A stretch of 64,000 nt of DNA from Eutreptiella sp. 'Long Island Sound 2002' (taxonomy: Eukaryota; Protista; Euglenida): assembly GCA_964036045.1 (NCBI GenBank), contig OZ038378.1:55800001-55864000 (forward strand). Reading direction: 5' to 3'. The first letter of the stretch is position 1. Each line of letters starts with the position of its first letter. A model generated the notes under the pieces. That model was not told the DNA's origin and did no database searches. It worked only from the letters and a program-made list of their open reading frames with translations. Made by a program: the position numbers and the translations under genes. This document shows, in pieces, positions 12,850 through 24,365 of this stretch.

Positions 12850-15800
12850 ATCCACTGTCCACTGCTCCGTTGTAGTATGGTAGTGAATTGAAGGTGATCC
12901 GCTGCCCTACGGCAGTAAGGAAGTCAACAACACAAGTTCCGTTGCTCACTGGGTGAAAGTAGTGCAGCAATGGCCCACTGGAGCAAGGCAGTGGGGCAAT
13001 GAACTACATAAGTTCCGTCACCCGCTTCCCCAAGGCAGCGAGACTGTGTACACAAGGAGGTCAGCCGCCCATTGCCCCAAGGTAGTGAGGGAGTGTTCGT
13101 AAGGAGTTCCATTGTCCATTGCCCCAAGGCAATGAGGTAGTGCATAGAAGGAGTGCCAATCCGCATAGCCCCACGACGGTGTGGAAGCCAACAGGAGTAG
13201 TTATGTCGCCCAATGCCCCAAGGTAACACATTGAACTTTAGCAGTTGTGTTGCCCACTACACCTTGGCATTAGCTGCCTGAACCGTAGGAGTGCCCCTGC
13301 TTATTGCCCTAGGGTAGTGTGGCAATGAAGAGGGAGTGCCAAGACCCGTTACCCCGTGGCAGTAGGACATGGTAAACAAGGAATGTCCCTCCCCTAGTGC
13401 CCCAACGTGGTGAGGCACTGTACCCGAGGAATTACGTTGCCCATTGCCCAAGGCAAGGAGACAACAAACAGATGGAGTGCGGCTACTCACTGCCCCAAGG
13501 CAATAGGGCCGTGTACGGCATGAGTTTTGCTACCCAATGCCCCGGGTTGTGAGACGGTGTGCAGCAAACTTGCCGTTGCCCATTGCCCCACGGCAGTGAG
13601 AAAATCAGTAGAAGCAAATCTGTTTCCTAGTAGGCCACGTAGCGGTTCAATGAATAAAAGAGGTTCCGGTGCCCTCTTCCTCAAGGGGGTGGGGCATTCT
13701 ACCACATCCCACTTTTCCAAGGGCGTGAGGCAGGGACTCGGGGGGCTTCGCTGCCCACTGTACCAAGGCAGTGGACCAACAAACTGCATAACTTCCGTTG
13801 CCCACCGCCCCAAGGCAGCAAGGCATTGTGCTGAAGGAGTTCAATTGCCCAAGCACCCAAGGCAGTGAGGTAGTGTGCGGAAGAAATTCCACTGCCCACT
13901 GCCTCAAGGCAGTGAGGCAGTGTACCTAAGGAGTTCCACTGTCCATTGCCCCAACGCAGAACGAGTGTTATTGCCCACTGCCCCACGAAAGTGAGCAAGT
14001 CATCACATGGAGACGTGTTGCCCACTGCCCCAGAGTAGTGGGGCGGGGAACACAAGAGGCCATATTGCCCATTGCCCCCCAAGGTAGTGGGGCAGTGTGG
14101 CACATCACATAATTCCAAGGCCGTGACACAGTGAACCGAAGCAGTTCCACTGCCCACTGCCCTAGGGCAGTTCCGCTGCTCACCCCCGCCATGCAGTGAG
14201 GCAATGAACAAAAGGCGTTCCACTATCCATGGACCTAACACAATGACCCAGTGAACCGAATGAGTTGTGTTGCCCTCCGACCCGCAGCAATAGGGCGGTG
14301 AACGGTAGGAGTGCCACTGCCCACTGCCCCAAGGTAGTCAGGCATTGAACAGAGCGAGTGCCAATGCCCAATAGTTGGTCAGTAGCCCCGGGCCACTGAG
14401 GTAGTTTACAAAGGGAAACTAACTACCCACTACGCCAAGCTAGAGCCAATGTAACCGAGGAGTTCTGTTGCCCATGGCCCAAGGCAAGGAGACAATCAAT
14501 AGAATGAATGGACCGCCCAATCAATGAAAGTCGTTCTGTACACTATCCCACTACCTTGCGACAGTGGGCAACGAAATTCCTTATGTACACCAACTCACTA
14601 CTTGTGGGAAGTGGGCAGCACGACTCCTTGTGTTTACTCCCTCACTCCCTTGGGGCGGTGGGCACTGGCACACCTCATGCACACTGTGTCACCGTCGTGG
14701 GGCAGTGGGTAGCGGAACTCGTGTTGCGGGCTGCCCCATTGCCTTGGGGCATTGGGCAGTTGCACTCCTTCTGTTCACTGCCTCACTACATTGGGACACT
14801 AGGCAGCAGCAATCCTACCGTTCACTGCCCTATTGTGAATAGGCAGTGGGCAACACGATTTCTTCAGTTTACTAGGTGCCGGTCTTGGGTCAATGGGTGG
14901 TGGAACTCCTATGATTTATCTCCTCGCTATTTGGTAGGACCGGGCATCGGAGGTGCCCTTGGCCAATGGGCAGTGGAACAGCTTCAGTTCAGTGTCTCAC
15001 AGCCCTCGTAAAGCACGATATGGCACACTGCCTCACTGCCTTGGGGCGGTGCGCAATATAACCTTTTCTGCTAACCACCCCATTGCCTTAGGGTAGTGGG
15101 CAACAAAAATCCATTTGATGACTTCCTCACTTCACCTCACTTCCATGGGGCAGTGGGCAATGACACTCCTTCGACACACTCCCTCATTGCCTTGGGGCAA
15201 TGGGCAATGGAACTCCTCATGTAAAGTGCCTCACTAGCTTGGGTTAGTGGGCAACAGATTTCTTTTGTACACCTCTCGCTCCCTTGAGGCATGGGGCAAC
15301 GGAATTCTTTCAGATGAGCTGCTCACTTCCGTGGGGTAGACAATGACACTCCTTTTATACAGTGCCTCGGTGCCTGGGAGCAATGGGCAGTTGCGCTCCT
15401 TCTATTCATTGTCTTCTTGCCTTGGGGCAATGGGCAGCAAGGCTCCTTGGCTACCCCATTACCTTGGGGTAGCGGACTATGGCACTCTTTTTGTACACTG
15501 CCTCGCCTCCTTGCGGCCAGGGGCAGTGGAATGTTTTGTGTACGCGGTGTCACTGCCTTTGGTCATTGCACAACAATAATCCTTCTATTCACCTCCTCAT
15601 TGCCTTGCAGCAATGGGCAGTGGCACTCCTTCTTTACATTGCACCACTCTCTTAGGGCAGTGGGCAATTGAATTCTTGCAAGTTGCTGCCCCACTACCTT
15701 GGTGTAGTGGGCAGCATAAATCCTTCACACCTTGACTCCCTCACTGCCTTGGGGCTGTAGCACTCCTTCTCTTCACTGCTTCACCGCCTTGGAGCAGCGG

Positions 15801-15960
15801 GCAGTGGCACTCCTACTGTTGAATGCCGTAAGACCCCTTGGTAGTGGGTGACACAACGCCTTCATTTTGCTTGGGCTAATTGGTAGTAGACCTCCTTCTG
15901 CTCATTGCCTCATTGCCTTGCGGCAGTGGCAGCGGAACTGCCCCAGGGCAGTGGGCAGTG
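12850..15960. repeat. Degenerate 47-bp hairpin satellite; minus orientation to about 14500, plus orientation after
   Basis: The loop polarity (GGAGTT versus AACTCC) switches near 14510. Confidence 0.9.
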
Positions 15961-16099
15961 GAAGACTTGCCACGTTTGATAGAAAAACCTCCATGCCATA
16001 GCACAGCAAACGCGCACACAAGCACACAAGCACACAAGCACTAAGCCAAACAGTGCACTGCATTACGCGCGCACCACACACATACCATTAAGGCATGGT

Positions 16100-16715
16100 C
16101 CAGAGGGACACATGCAGAGTGCAGTGTCCGGAGGGACGCATGCATGCCACGGCACAGAGGACAAACCGCACAGCCAAAAACGCGCGACGCCGAACAAAGT
16201 ACACATCATATCATACAATGCTCAGCCACTCCTCAAAGAGAAGTGGACAATGTATATATGCTATATATACGGTGATAAAGGCTGCGTTTGTTTTGTTCAC
16301 CATGGACCACCGTGTGAATGATTGTACGGGACTGTGCAGAGCTCTTGCAGAACACACGGAACTGTAGGCCTTGAGTGGCCGAGCAAGCACACACGCAGAC
16401 GAGCACACAAGCACCAAACTTCAAAAAAGTTTTGTGGATGCCATGCAAGAAATTCTGGACGGACAGCCACTCCTCAAAGAGAAATGGAAGGTCCAAAGTA
16501 GGCCCCAAGTGGACCTTTCGTTGTGACATTCAGACGTCTCCTCAATGGCCTAGCAAGCACACACGCAAACGAGCACACAAGCAGCAAACTGCAAAAAAAT
16601 TTGAACTATTTACATTGCTCCGCCACTCCTCAAAGAGAAGCTGCCCCGGCTACCAAGGCCACGTGTGGCCAATCACAAGTCCCCGATCGCGGGACTGACT
16701 CACGGAGCGCCGGGT
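16100..16715. mobile_element. Chimeric non-autonomous fragment (repeat X plus a piece homologous to the 22.7-22.8 kb ORF)
   Basis: AAFVLFTMDHRV/NDCTGLCR at about 16280-16340 matches VAFVLFSMDHRV/NDCTGLCR at 22.7-22.8 kb (opposite strand). gccactcctcaaagagaa occurs three times (about 16224, 16467, 16622). Confidence 0.75.
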
Positions 16716-16809
16716 TCCCCCCCCCTCCCCCCATAAAATGGACAGTGCCCCCCCCCCCCCCCCCAAATGGACAGTGTTGCAGCAGAACAGTGGCTGGGTA
16801 GGATAGTAG

Positions 16810-19428
16810 TTAATCTAAATAGATATATTCTGGTGATGGCTTTGGCTTCGGTTTGGTCTTCGGCTTGGATGCATCAGCACTGCGCCGAAATTTTTTGGGT
16901 CGTTCAATTGGTGCAGCAGAGCTGCTTTCGCCAGTCGATTGCACCACCATTCGGTGGCAACTAATGGCAGGGGGGTCACCAGAAATGGGGCCAGGCATTG
17001 AGGCAGGCTTGGGACAGGGTGGTGCCTGCGGCACACGTGTGGCACCAAGTGTGCCAGACGTTGGGTTAGGTTTGGGACAGGGTGGTGGACGTGGGGCACC
17101 GAGTGTGCCAGGAAGAGTAACAGACTTTGGGCTGGGCTTGGGCACAGGTGGTGACCGTGGCTCCGCTTTTTGGGTGTCGCTGTCGCTGCTGCTGCTACAA
17201 CTGCTTTTCTGAACTCTCACTGCCACTACTGCCACTACTTTCACTCTGGCTGTCACTACTATCGGAAGAGGAGCTCTGTGCCTCCAACTCCGAAGCGCTA
17301 GGGTCCAACACAACTAGCTGGGCCAACCGACATTGGCGGACTGGCATCACTCGTCGGGCTGGCAGGCCCTCGCACGTATCAGGAGGGGCAAAATCGCTAC
17401 CCGCAGCCTCGACCACGGCAGGGCGCGGCTGCTTTTTCTTGTGTCGTCGGTCTTTACGGGAGCTGAAGGTGCGAAGGCTGCCTAAACCCGGAACCGGCCA
17501 GGAAACAACCACATCCCAGTCAATAGGGATCCAGTGGCGCACCCGGGGCAACTGAGTGCTGCACAGGCCACAGATGCAATAGACATCAACACTTGGCTGC
17601 GTTGAGCCATGGAACCCTAGTTTGACAGATTTTGTGGCCATGTCCATTGCGCAGAAACAGCCACCAGTTGCAACACCACATTGGACAATGCGCACTACCA
17701 TGTCACGCCAACACTCATTGGCCAAAACAGTACAAGGCTGCAGCAGAATCGCCCGCACCTCGGGGTGCCAGTGCTCCACACGATTTCTTTTTTTTACCCT
17801 ATTCAGGAACTGCACGTAATGTTCATGCTGCAGGGTCTCCCGGATACTTTCGGAATTCTCCGTGCTGGTGACCCCGGCAAGGCGCTTGGCCACTGCGAGC
17901 AATGCTTCCCCCCCCTCGTCTTGAACGTGCACATGAAGACGCGGGGTATCAAAAAAATGCGTCATCCCATGTGCGTACAATGTGCATGTGCTACCCCCCT
18001 CACACATCTCAGTGATGAGAAGGGTTAAATACACATGCACTTTACGCCGTGTGGACCATACACATGGTGGCATGTGCTTGGTCCCATACAACAGGGATAC
18101 GATACGACAGAAGCTCAGAAACAACTTATGGAGGGGGGAGGGCAATTTGCCTGTTTGCACAACCATTGGGAACAATGTGCGCACCTCTCGCCCGTGAGTG
18201 ACAACCCTGAACGGAAGCGGCTGCGCGTCTTGGATTGGCACTGTTTTGTGTGTGGATCCATTTTTACCTCATAGCGGCGAGCAACAGCTACCACAAGCAC
18301 CAGAAACGTGCACGACTAGATAGTGGGCAGTGTGCGTCCCACAACCCCTACTATACGGATGCCAAAGCCTTTAATGTTATGTAGTACAGGCTGCACTGCC
18401 TGTACCTGGGCTAAGTTCGACAACCCAGCCAGACGGACAGAGTAGCTGTCTAAATGAAGTGGCGCCGTAGTGAAAAGGTTGGCAAGATGGTTCTTTCTAT
18501 TCCATTGGCATGAGCAACAACCCTGTCCATTCTGCAGCTCAGACCACATCTGGTGATGGTTGGCCATGAGGAAGCGCAACTGTAGCCTGAGCTGAACAAC
18601 GTGGCGCGTGCCGGCGACAACAACAGGAAGTGTGAACGTTGTGGCCTGCAATTTTTTTATCTCCTGGACGCGCCCATTCACGGCCCAGGCCGCCCAGTCA
18701 CCACGGGGGAGTTCACGCCATGTTAGGAGGGAGGTGGCAGAAGGCACTCCCTCAACAGGATCAAAAAGCTCACCTGCCAAATCCAGGATGGCAACCTTAA
18801 CATTGTAGTTGCTTCTGCCGCGGGGGTCATAGCCATCAGACAACAATACAACCTACAGGGTAGCTTCTACAGGGGGGGGGGGGGGTTGCGGACAAGCCTT
18901 GGGCCTTGGTGTTTCAGTAGAAGGCCGCAGACTTGTAGGAGCAGGGACTCGTTGTTTAACTGGCGGTCTACACTGGGAATCTGGATTGCCTCCTCCATGC
19001 ATGTGCAGGTTACCCGTAGTCCAAAGGAGGTCTGGGACTAGGGCACGCAACCGTTGCATCAGGCGACTTGACAACCGCAACTCATGCCGTGCTTCCACCA
19101 CACTGCTACGCGGGGGGGCACTTGGTGGGGGTGGTGCTACATTGGGCACGTGCCGCAAGATCCGGTGGCGTACAGTAAGGCCACTTGGGCCGCCTTGCGT
19201 CGCACGCAGGACATCTTCAATTTGCCACTGCGGAACGGCATCTGCATTCGGCAGCCCCAAGAGACGGCGCACGTCATCACGATGCACATTCCCTTGACCC
19301 GACAAATGCCGGAGTGCTTCTTCCCAAGTGCAGCTACCGCTAACGTACCACACGACGTGGTTCATCACAAATTCATGGCACTGATGCATTGCATCTGCAG
19401 GAGGGAATTTTCGGCGGATGGTCCGCAC
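16810..19428 (-). pseudogene. Decayed RAG1/Transib-type DDE transposase with a long low-complexity C-terminal tail
   Basis: Joining ORFs 18853..19428, 18316..18846, 18115..18300, 17195..18241 and 16810..17313 (2 in-frame TAGs, 2 frameshifts) gives motifs in RAG1 order: VVLLSDGY (D1), LRFLMANHHQM (D2 position, AAC), QGCCSCQW (CxxC), QPVLHNIKG, LSLTGERC, LYAHGMTH, and DEGGEALLAVAKR (E). No TIR was found. Confidence 0.7.
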
Positions 19429-19760
19429 AGGCGCTTACACATGTCTCCTACTTGTCCCTTTCAGCGGACGGTCGGCAGAGGCGTTTACACATGTCTCCTA
19501 CTTGTCCTTTTCGGCGGATGGTCTCCAGTGGCGTTTACACATATCTCCCACGTGTCCTTTTCGGCGGGTGGTCTGCACAGGCGTTTACACACATCTCTCC
19601 TACTTGTCCTTTTCGGCGGATGGTCTACACAGGCCATTACGCTTCTCTCTAACTTGTCCTTTTCATGCTTTCAGGCTGGACACCTCTCTCTTGTCCTTTT
19701 CATCGAGGGATGGTGGTGTTGAAAAACACCGTTGTGGCACCGTGGCGCCTTGGGGCTCAC

Positions 19761-20126
19761 TCACCCCAAGAAGGGGCAAATGACCCCCCAGTCGGCCCGT
19801 CGGCGGGGCGGGGCTGGGGCTGCCGGGGCGACCCCCACCTTGTCGCTGGGCATGCTGCCCAACATCCGCTCGCCAAACAAAGTGGCGAGGGTCTCCTTCT
19901 TCTCTTCCTTAAAAGGGATGATCCTCTGCACCCTCTTGCCCTGCTTTTCTTCCTTCCCCTCTTCCTTCTTTGCCTTCCCTTCGAAGGGGATGGTCCTCTG
20001 CACCTTCTTCTCCTGCTTTTCCTCCTCTCTGTTCTTCGCCTTGAAGGGGATAATCTTCTGCACCTTCTTCTCCCTCTTCTCTTCCTTCTTATGCTCTTCC
20101 TTTCTTTTCCTTTCTTTCCCAGGCAT
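19761..20126 (-). CDS. Lys/Glu-rich ORF with three ~20-aa KKVQ(K/R)xIPF repeats
   Basis: 121-aa ORF starting with ATG and built from 3 internal repeats; it lies upstream of and co-oriented with the RAG1-like transposase. Confidence 0.4.
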   Translation of the reverse strand: MPGKERKRKEEHKKEEKREKKVQKIIPFKAKNREEEKQEKKVQRTIPFEGKAKKEEGKEEKQGKRVQRIIPFKEEKKETLATLFGERMLGSMPSDKVGVAPAAPAPPRRRADWGVICPFLG

Positions 20127-20546
20127 TGTATAGCGGATGGTCTACACAGGCGTTACACACGACTCCTCGGTGGATGGTTTGATCAGGCGATTACACAATT
20201 GTCCTACTTGTCCTTTTCGGCGGATGGTCTGCACACGCGTTTACACATGACTCCTACTTGTCCTTTTCGGCGGATGGTCTGCTTTTCGGCCTGACACAAT
20301 CACACAATCTGACTCCTTTTCGGCGGATGGTTTGCTCAGGGGATTACACAATTGTCCTACTTGTCCTTTTCGGCGGATGGTCTGCTTTTCGGCCAAACAC
20401 AATCACACAACGTGACACACGACTCCTTTTCGGCGGATGGTGTGCTCAAACGATTGCACAATCTTTCCGGCTGCCCTTCGTTTTCCTAGCAATAAGCCTA
20501 CCGAGGGCCAGTTCGTACGCACCGCCTACGTGTTATGTGGTATGGC

Positions 20547-20620
20547 AGCTGGTTGGTCTAGAGGTATGTGCATGTTCCCTGGTTTCGAAACCCTGGGTTC
20601 AAACCCTTGCATACACACTG
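20547..20620 (+). ncRNA. tRNA-Pro-like degenerate sequence
   Basis: GCTGGTTGGTCTAGAGGTATG closely resembles the eukaryotic tRNA-Pro 5' end (GCTCGTTGGTCTAGGGGTATG). B box GGTTCAAACCC at 20596-20606; the anticodon arm does not fold. Confidence 0.6.
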
Positions 20621-20904
20621 TGTCTGCATCGTAGGAAGAGGAACCGCAAAACCAGGGGCCCACAAAGGAGGTGGAGGACAAGCTTACCCCATGGGGCGCA
20701 ACCAACAGATACGAGCGCTGAAGATAGGCAATCAAATGCGATCACCACCTGCCCTTCATTTTTTTTAGCAATGATGCCTACCGAGGGCTGGTCTGTTGTG
20801 GCTGTCCAAGCGTGGGCTGGGCTGGTCATGTTGGAGCCACCATCCCTGTGCCGGAGGCTGTTCGACGACGAGGTGGCTGGTGCTGGGCTGGAGCCATTGT
20901 TGGA

Positions 20905-20980
20905 GTTGGCCAGGCCAGGGTTCGAACCAACGAGCTCTGCCGCCGGAGTCTACGCCCATAACCACTCATCCACAGACGAA
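20905..20980 (-). ncRNA. Possible tRNA-derived sequence
   Basis: The minus strand has TGGATGAGTGGTTA (A-box-like) and GGTTCGAACCC (B box) at tRNA-like spacing; stems are poor. Confidence 0.35.
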
Positions 20981-21276
20981 CGTTGCTCAGTTTGGTTGCC
21001 GTAACTTGAACCACCCCTCCCTTGCAAAGAGCATCACTGCACCAGAACAGCATGTTGAATGCAAAGTGCATTGAAAGTGCATCTGCTCAGGGATTTGTCC
21101 TACTTGTCCTTTTCGGTTACACAATTGTCCTACTTGTCCTTTTCGGCGGATGGTCTGCACAGGCGTTTACACATGACTGGTACTTGTCCTTTTCGGCGGT
21201 TGGTCTGCTCAGGCGTTTACACTTGTCCTCAAATGTCATCAGCTCATGAACAACATTGCACTACAGTGGTATCGTT

Positions 21277-21350
21277 TCGTGCTTGGTCTAGTGGTCTGCT
21301 ACATGTGCTTGTGTTCCGTGTTCGTAGGTTCAATTCCCGAACAATACAAA
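21277..21350 (+). ncRNA. Degenerate tRNA-like sequence
   Basis: A box TGGTCTAGTGG at 21284-21294 and B box GGTTCAATTCC at 21327-21337. Confidence 0.5.
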
Positions 21351-22289
21351 GCAAGCTTGCAAGGATGATGCGCGATGGTGTACCGGAAGCGGATCTGCCA
21401 GTGGGCAAGGCGCTGAAGAGAGGTTTTGGCAGACACATCTCTATCTCTCCGAAGGGGTCACACATGTCTCCTACAGGCCATTACACATCCTTGTCCAGTT
21501 ACACATCTTGCTGTCTCTCCTACTTGTCCTTTTCGGGGGAGGGTCTGCACAGGCCATTACCTACTTGTCCTTTTCGGCGGATGGTCTGCAGAGCTCCCCT
21601 ACTTGTCCTTTTCGGTGAGAGGTCTACGTTGGTCTGCACAGGCCATTACCTACTTGTCCTTTTCGGCGGATGGTCTGCAGAGCTCCCCTACTTGTCCTTT
21701 TCGGTGAGAGGTCTACGTTGGTCTGCACAGGCCATTACCTACTTGTCCTTTTCGGCGGATGGTGTGCAGAGCTCCCCTACTTGTCCTTTTCGGTGAGAGG
21801 TCTCCAATACATATCTCCTACTTGTTCCGGTCTCTCGAGACGGCTGGTCTACACAGGCTTGACACATGGTCTGCACCTACATATCTCCCCTACGTCCTTT
21901 TGTCCTTTTCGGTGGAGGGTCTGCACATAGTTTCGGCGGATGGTCTGCACAGGCTCTCCTACTTGTCCGTTCGGTGGATGGTCTGCAGATCACTCCTACG
22001 TGTTCTTCTTTTCACCCCTTTTACCCGTCGTGCACCCACAACCCATCGTTAGCACAGGACAACACTGTGTGCATCATTCATCGTGTCCGATGGGGCCCAG
22101 CCCATGGTGGAGGTGCACACTCCATAGTCTAACAATAATGAAAGTAATTATACTGCTGCCCAAAGAGCTGTCGTTCAGGCCACCTAGCCCATGGTGGACA
22201 CTCCATAGTATAATAGTAATGAAACTAATAATACTGCTGCTGTCTCCAAACAGTTGCCGCTTAGGCGTCGTCGAATTGCCGGGTTGACG

Positions 22290-24134
22290 TCAACCCAGGC
22301 CGGACGCTCTGCCATGCGCAGAAGTCCAAGTGTGGGTGGTCCACACAGAAAAAATTTCACCCTCGCCCCCAGAGGTCATCCACGAGCTGGGGCGAGAACC
22401 TGTACCGAGGGTGTAGTCCCTCAGGGTGCGGGCGGTGCCGGTGCGGATGCCATGAGGCATACACCCCCAACGTTTGCTGGACCAATGTGCCCACACCTGC
22501 GCGGGATCGCTGGCAAACTCCCTCGGCCTATATGCGAAAACGGCATGGAACACCTCATTGGTCAGAGGGACATAAGAAGACTTGTGGGCGGCCAGAAACT
22601 GCAAGGCGTCTGCTGCCTCGCGGTGCCACGTTGAGCCCCGAGGGACTGGCAGTGTGCTGAACCAGTTGGCTGTGTTCTGCAACAGGTCTGCACAGTCCCG
22701 TACAGTCATTGTCAGACTGCACAGGGATGGAGGGCGTTCGAACCACACACGGTGGTCCATGCTGAACAAAACAAACGCAACCTGGATGGCCACATAAAAA
22801 CAATTGGCCACCAGTGCTTGCGCCCCCGTCACGCGTTTACAGGGCATGCCCTTCTGCTGCAATAGGGTAATATATGACAAAGAGGCCGGACTTTCAGCCA
22901 CATCCAGAACGAGCACGTCGTTAATTGTCCCCCCCACCTCCCCACGGAGTGCCACTGTAAATGCATGCAGTGTGTTCCCCTCCTGGGTTATACCCGTGAT
23001 AGCCTTCACTCTTTCCAGTGGCTTAAGGGGCGGCGGCCGCTTTCGGATCTTGCTGGTCTTTTTGTCGTGTGGTGCCCACCTTTTTGATGCTCGGAAGATG
23101 GCGTTCGCCTTCCCCACCTTGGGACGCAGCTCGCTGAGGCGCGCCCGCGCATTGGCCATGTCCTTCTATGTCGTTCCGACTTGCTTGTCGAGGTCAGCTT
23201 TCTGCTGAGCGGTCAGCATCCGAGGACCAGGGGTGACACGGCGGCATTGCGCGTACTTGGGGCGCTTCTCCTTTTCTGCTTGTGCTTTGGCTTCTTTCGG
23301 TCTGAGCTTCCCCTGCAGCTTTGCTCTGTAGCTGATCATGTCGTCGGCCCCTTCGTCATACAGCTCCCACTTCGCGTCCCACTCGTCCTACGGGTCCTCG
23401 ACGTTCCTCTCCCACAACTGGTCCACGTACCGCTTTGCCACCTCAGCGTTCGCCAGCACCGGCCACCCCCGTGTGTCCGGGACTTTTTGCATGGCGTCCG
23501 CAAATAGCGGTGGGGGGACTGGGCTTGTGTAGCGCCACTGCACTGTCCCCATCGCCGGCAGGCTCCGCCACAGCCATCGGTCTGCTCCTCCTTTTGACTC
23601 CGTTACAGGTTGTCCACGACGTTCCCACCCGCGGTCGCGATATTTCTGCGTGAGCAGGGCGAACTAGATCTCCCAGTGCCCCCAATGGCCCAGGGCGATT
23701 ACGGCAGCAACAGCGGTGGCCTGAGGACACATGAGTGCAATGGTACTCCCCTTTCCGACGGATTAACAGCGGCACGCGGTTTGGGCACACACCAGCTGCA
23801 CTGCGTTGTCGTCGTCGTCACTTCGCGGCGTTGTCTGCCTCTTGGCTAGTGGCTTCGGCTTCGGCGGCTGGGGCGCCGGTTCTGCTGGGGGCTTCGGCTT
23901 CGGCGGGTGGGGCGCCGGCGCTGCGGGGGGCTTCGGTTGCCCGGGGATCCCCACGCTCGTCGCGGGCTGAGAGAAAAGAGGATGGTGCAATTCGGCGGAT
24001 GGTCTACAGTTTTCGGCGGATGGTCGGCACGTGTCCTTTTCGGCGGATGGTTTGTTACACCTTGCACTCCTGGGGCTGCGTGACCCCGCCCAAACGGGCA
24101 CGCATCGTGCTTGGCGAGCAAGGGCGTAGGCCAT
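22290..24134 (-). pseudogene. Decayed 615-codon ORF (Pro-rich N-terminus, coiled-coil middle, NCFYVAI Cys motif); probably TE cargo
   Basis: ORFs 23763..24134 and 22290..23159 are in the same frame and are linked through 4 in-frame stops by protein-like sequence (...EVAKRYVDQLWERNVEDP*DEWDAKWELYDEG...). Homologous fragments lie at 11.6 and 16.3 kb. Confidence 0.7.
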
Positions 24135-24264
24135 TCCCCCACATGTCGCTTCATCGCTTTGCTTCTTATGTCCAAATCGCCGGGGATTTCAAATAGAAAA
24201 TGCCTAGGAACGTGCTCAGATCCACCTAAGGCTATAGCGAATATGCTTGGGGATCTCCTGAGCG

Positions 24265-24365
24265 GGCACCGGAAAAATCCCAAGCGATTTCCCCAGCGGC
24301 CACCGGATAAATCCCAAGCGATATCCCGAGCGCCACCCGGATAAATCCCAAGCGTTTTTCAAAGC
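24265..24365. repeat. 34-bp tandem repeat (ccggataaatcccaagcgatatcccgagcggcca), 3 copies
   Basis: aatcccaagcg at 24276, 24310 and 24344. Confidence 0.9.

Larger units (their letters stand above)
19400..22000. repeat. About 50-bp minisatellite (ctacttgtccttttcggcggatggtctgcacaggcgtttacacatgtctc) in blocks 19400-19720, 20130-20480, 21080-21230 and 21450-22000
   Basis: Direct recurrence of the unit; further blocks at 23990-24060 and 25445-25690. Confidence 0.95.

Noticed and set aside
15960-16810. RAG2-like (kelch/PHD) partner gene or RSS-like TIRs next to the RAG1-like transposase
   Set aside because: No kelch-like ORF faces the transposase. ggacagtg repeats near 16740-16775 resemble the heptamer, but I found no inverted partner or TSD.
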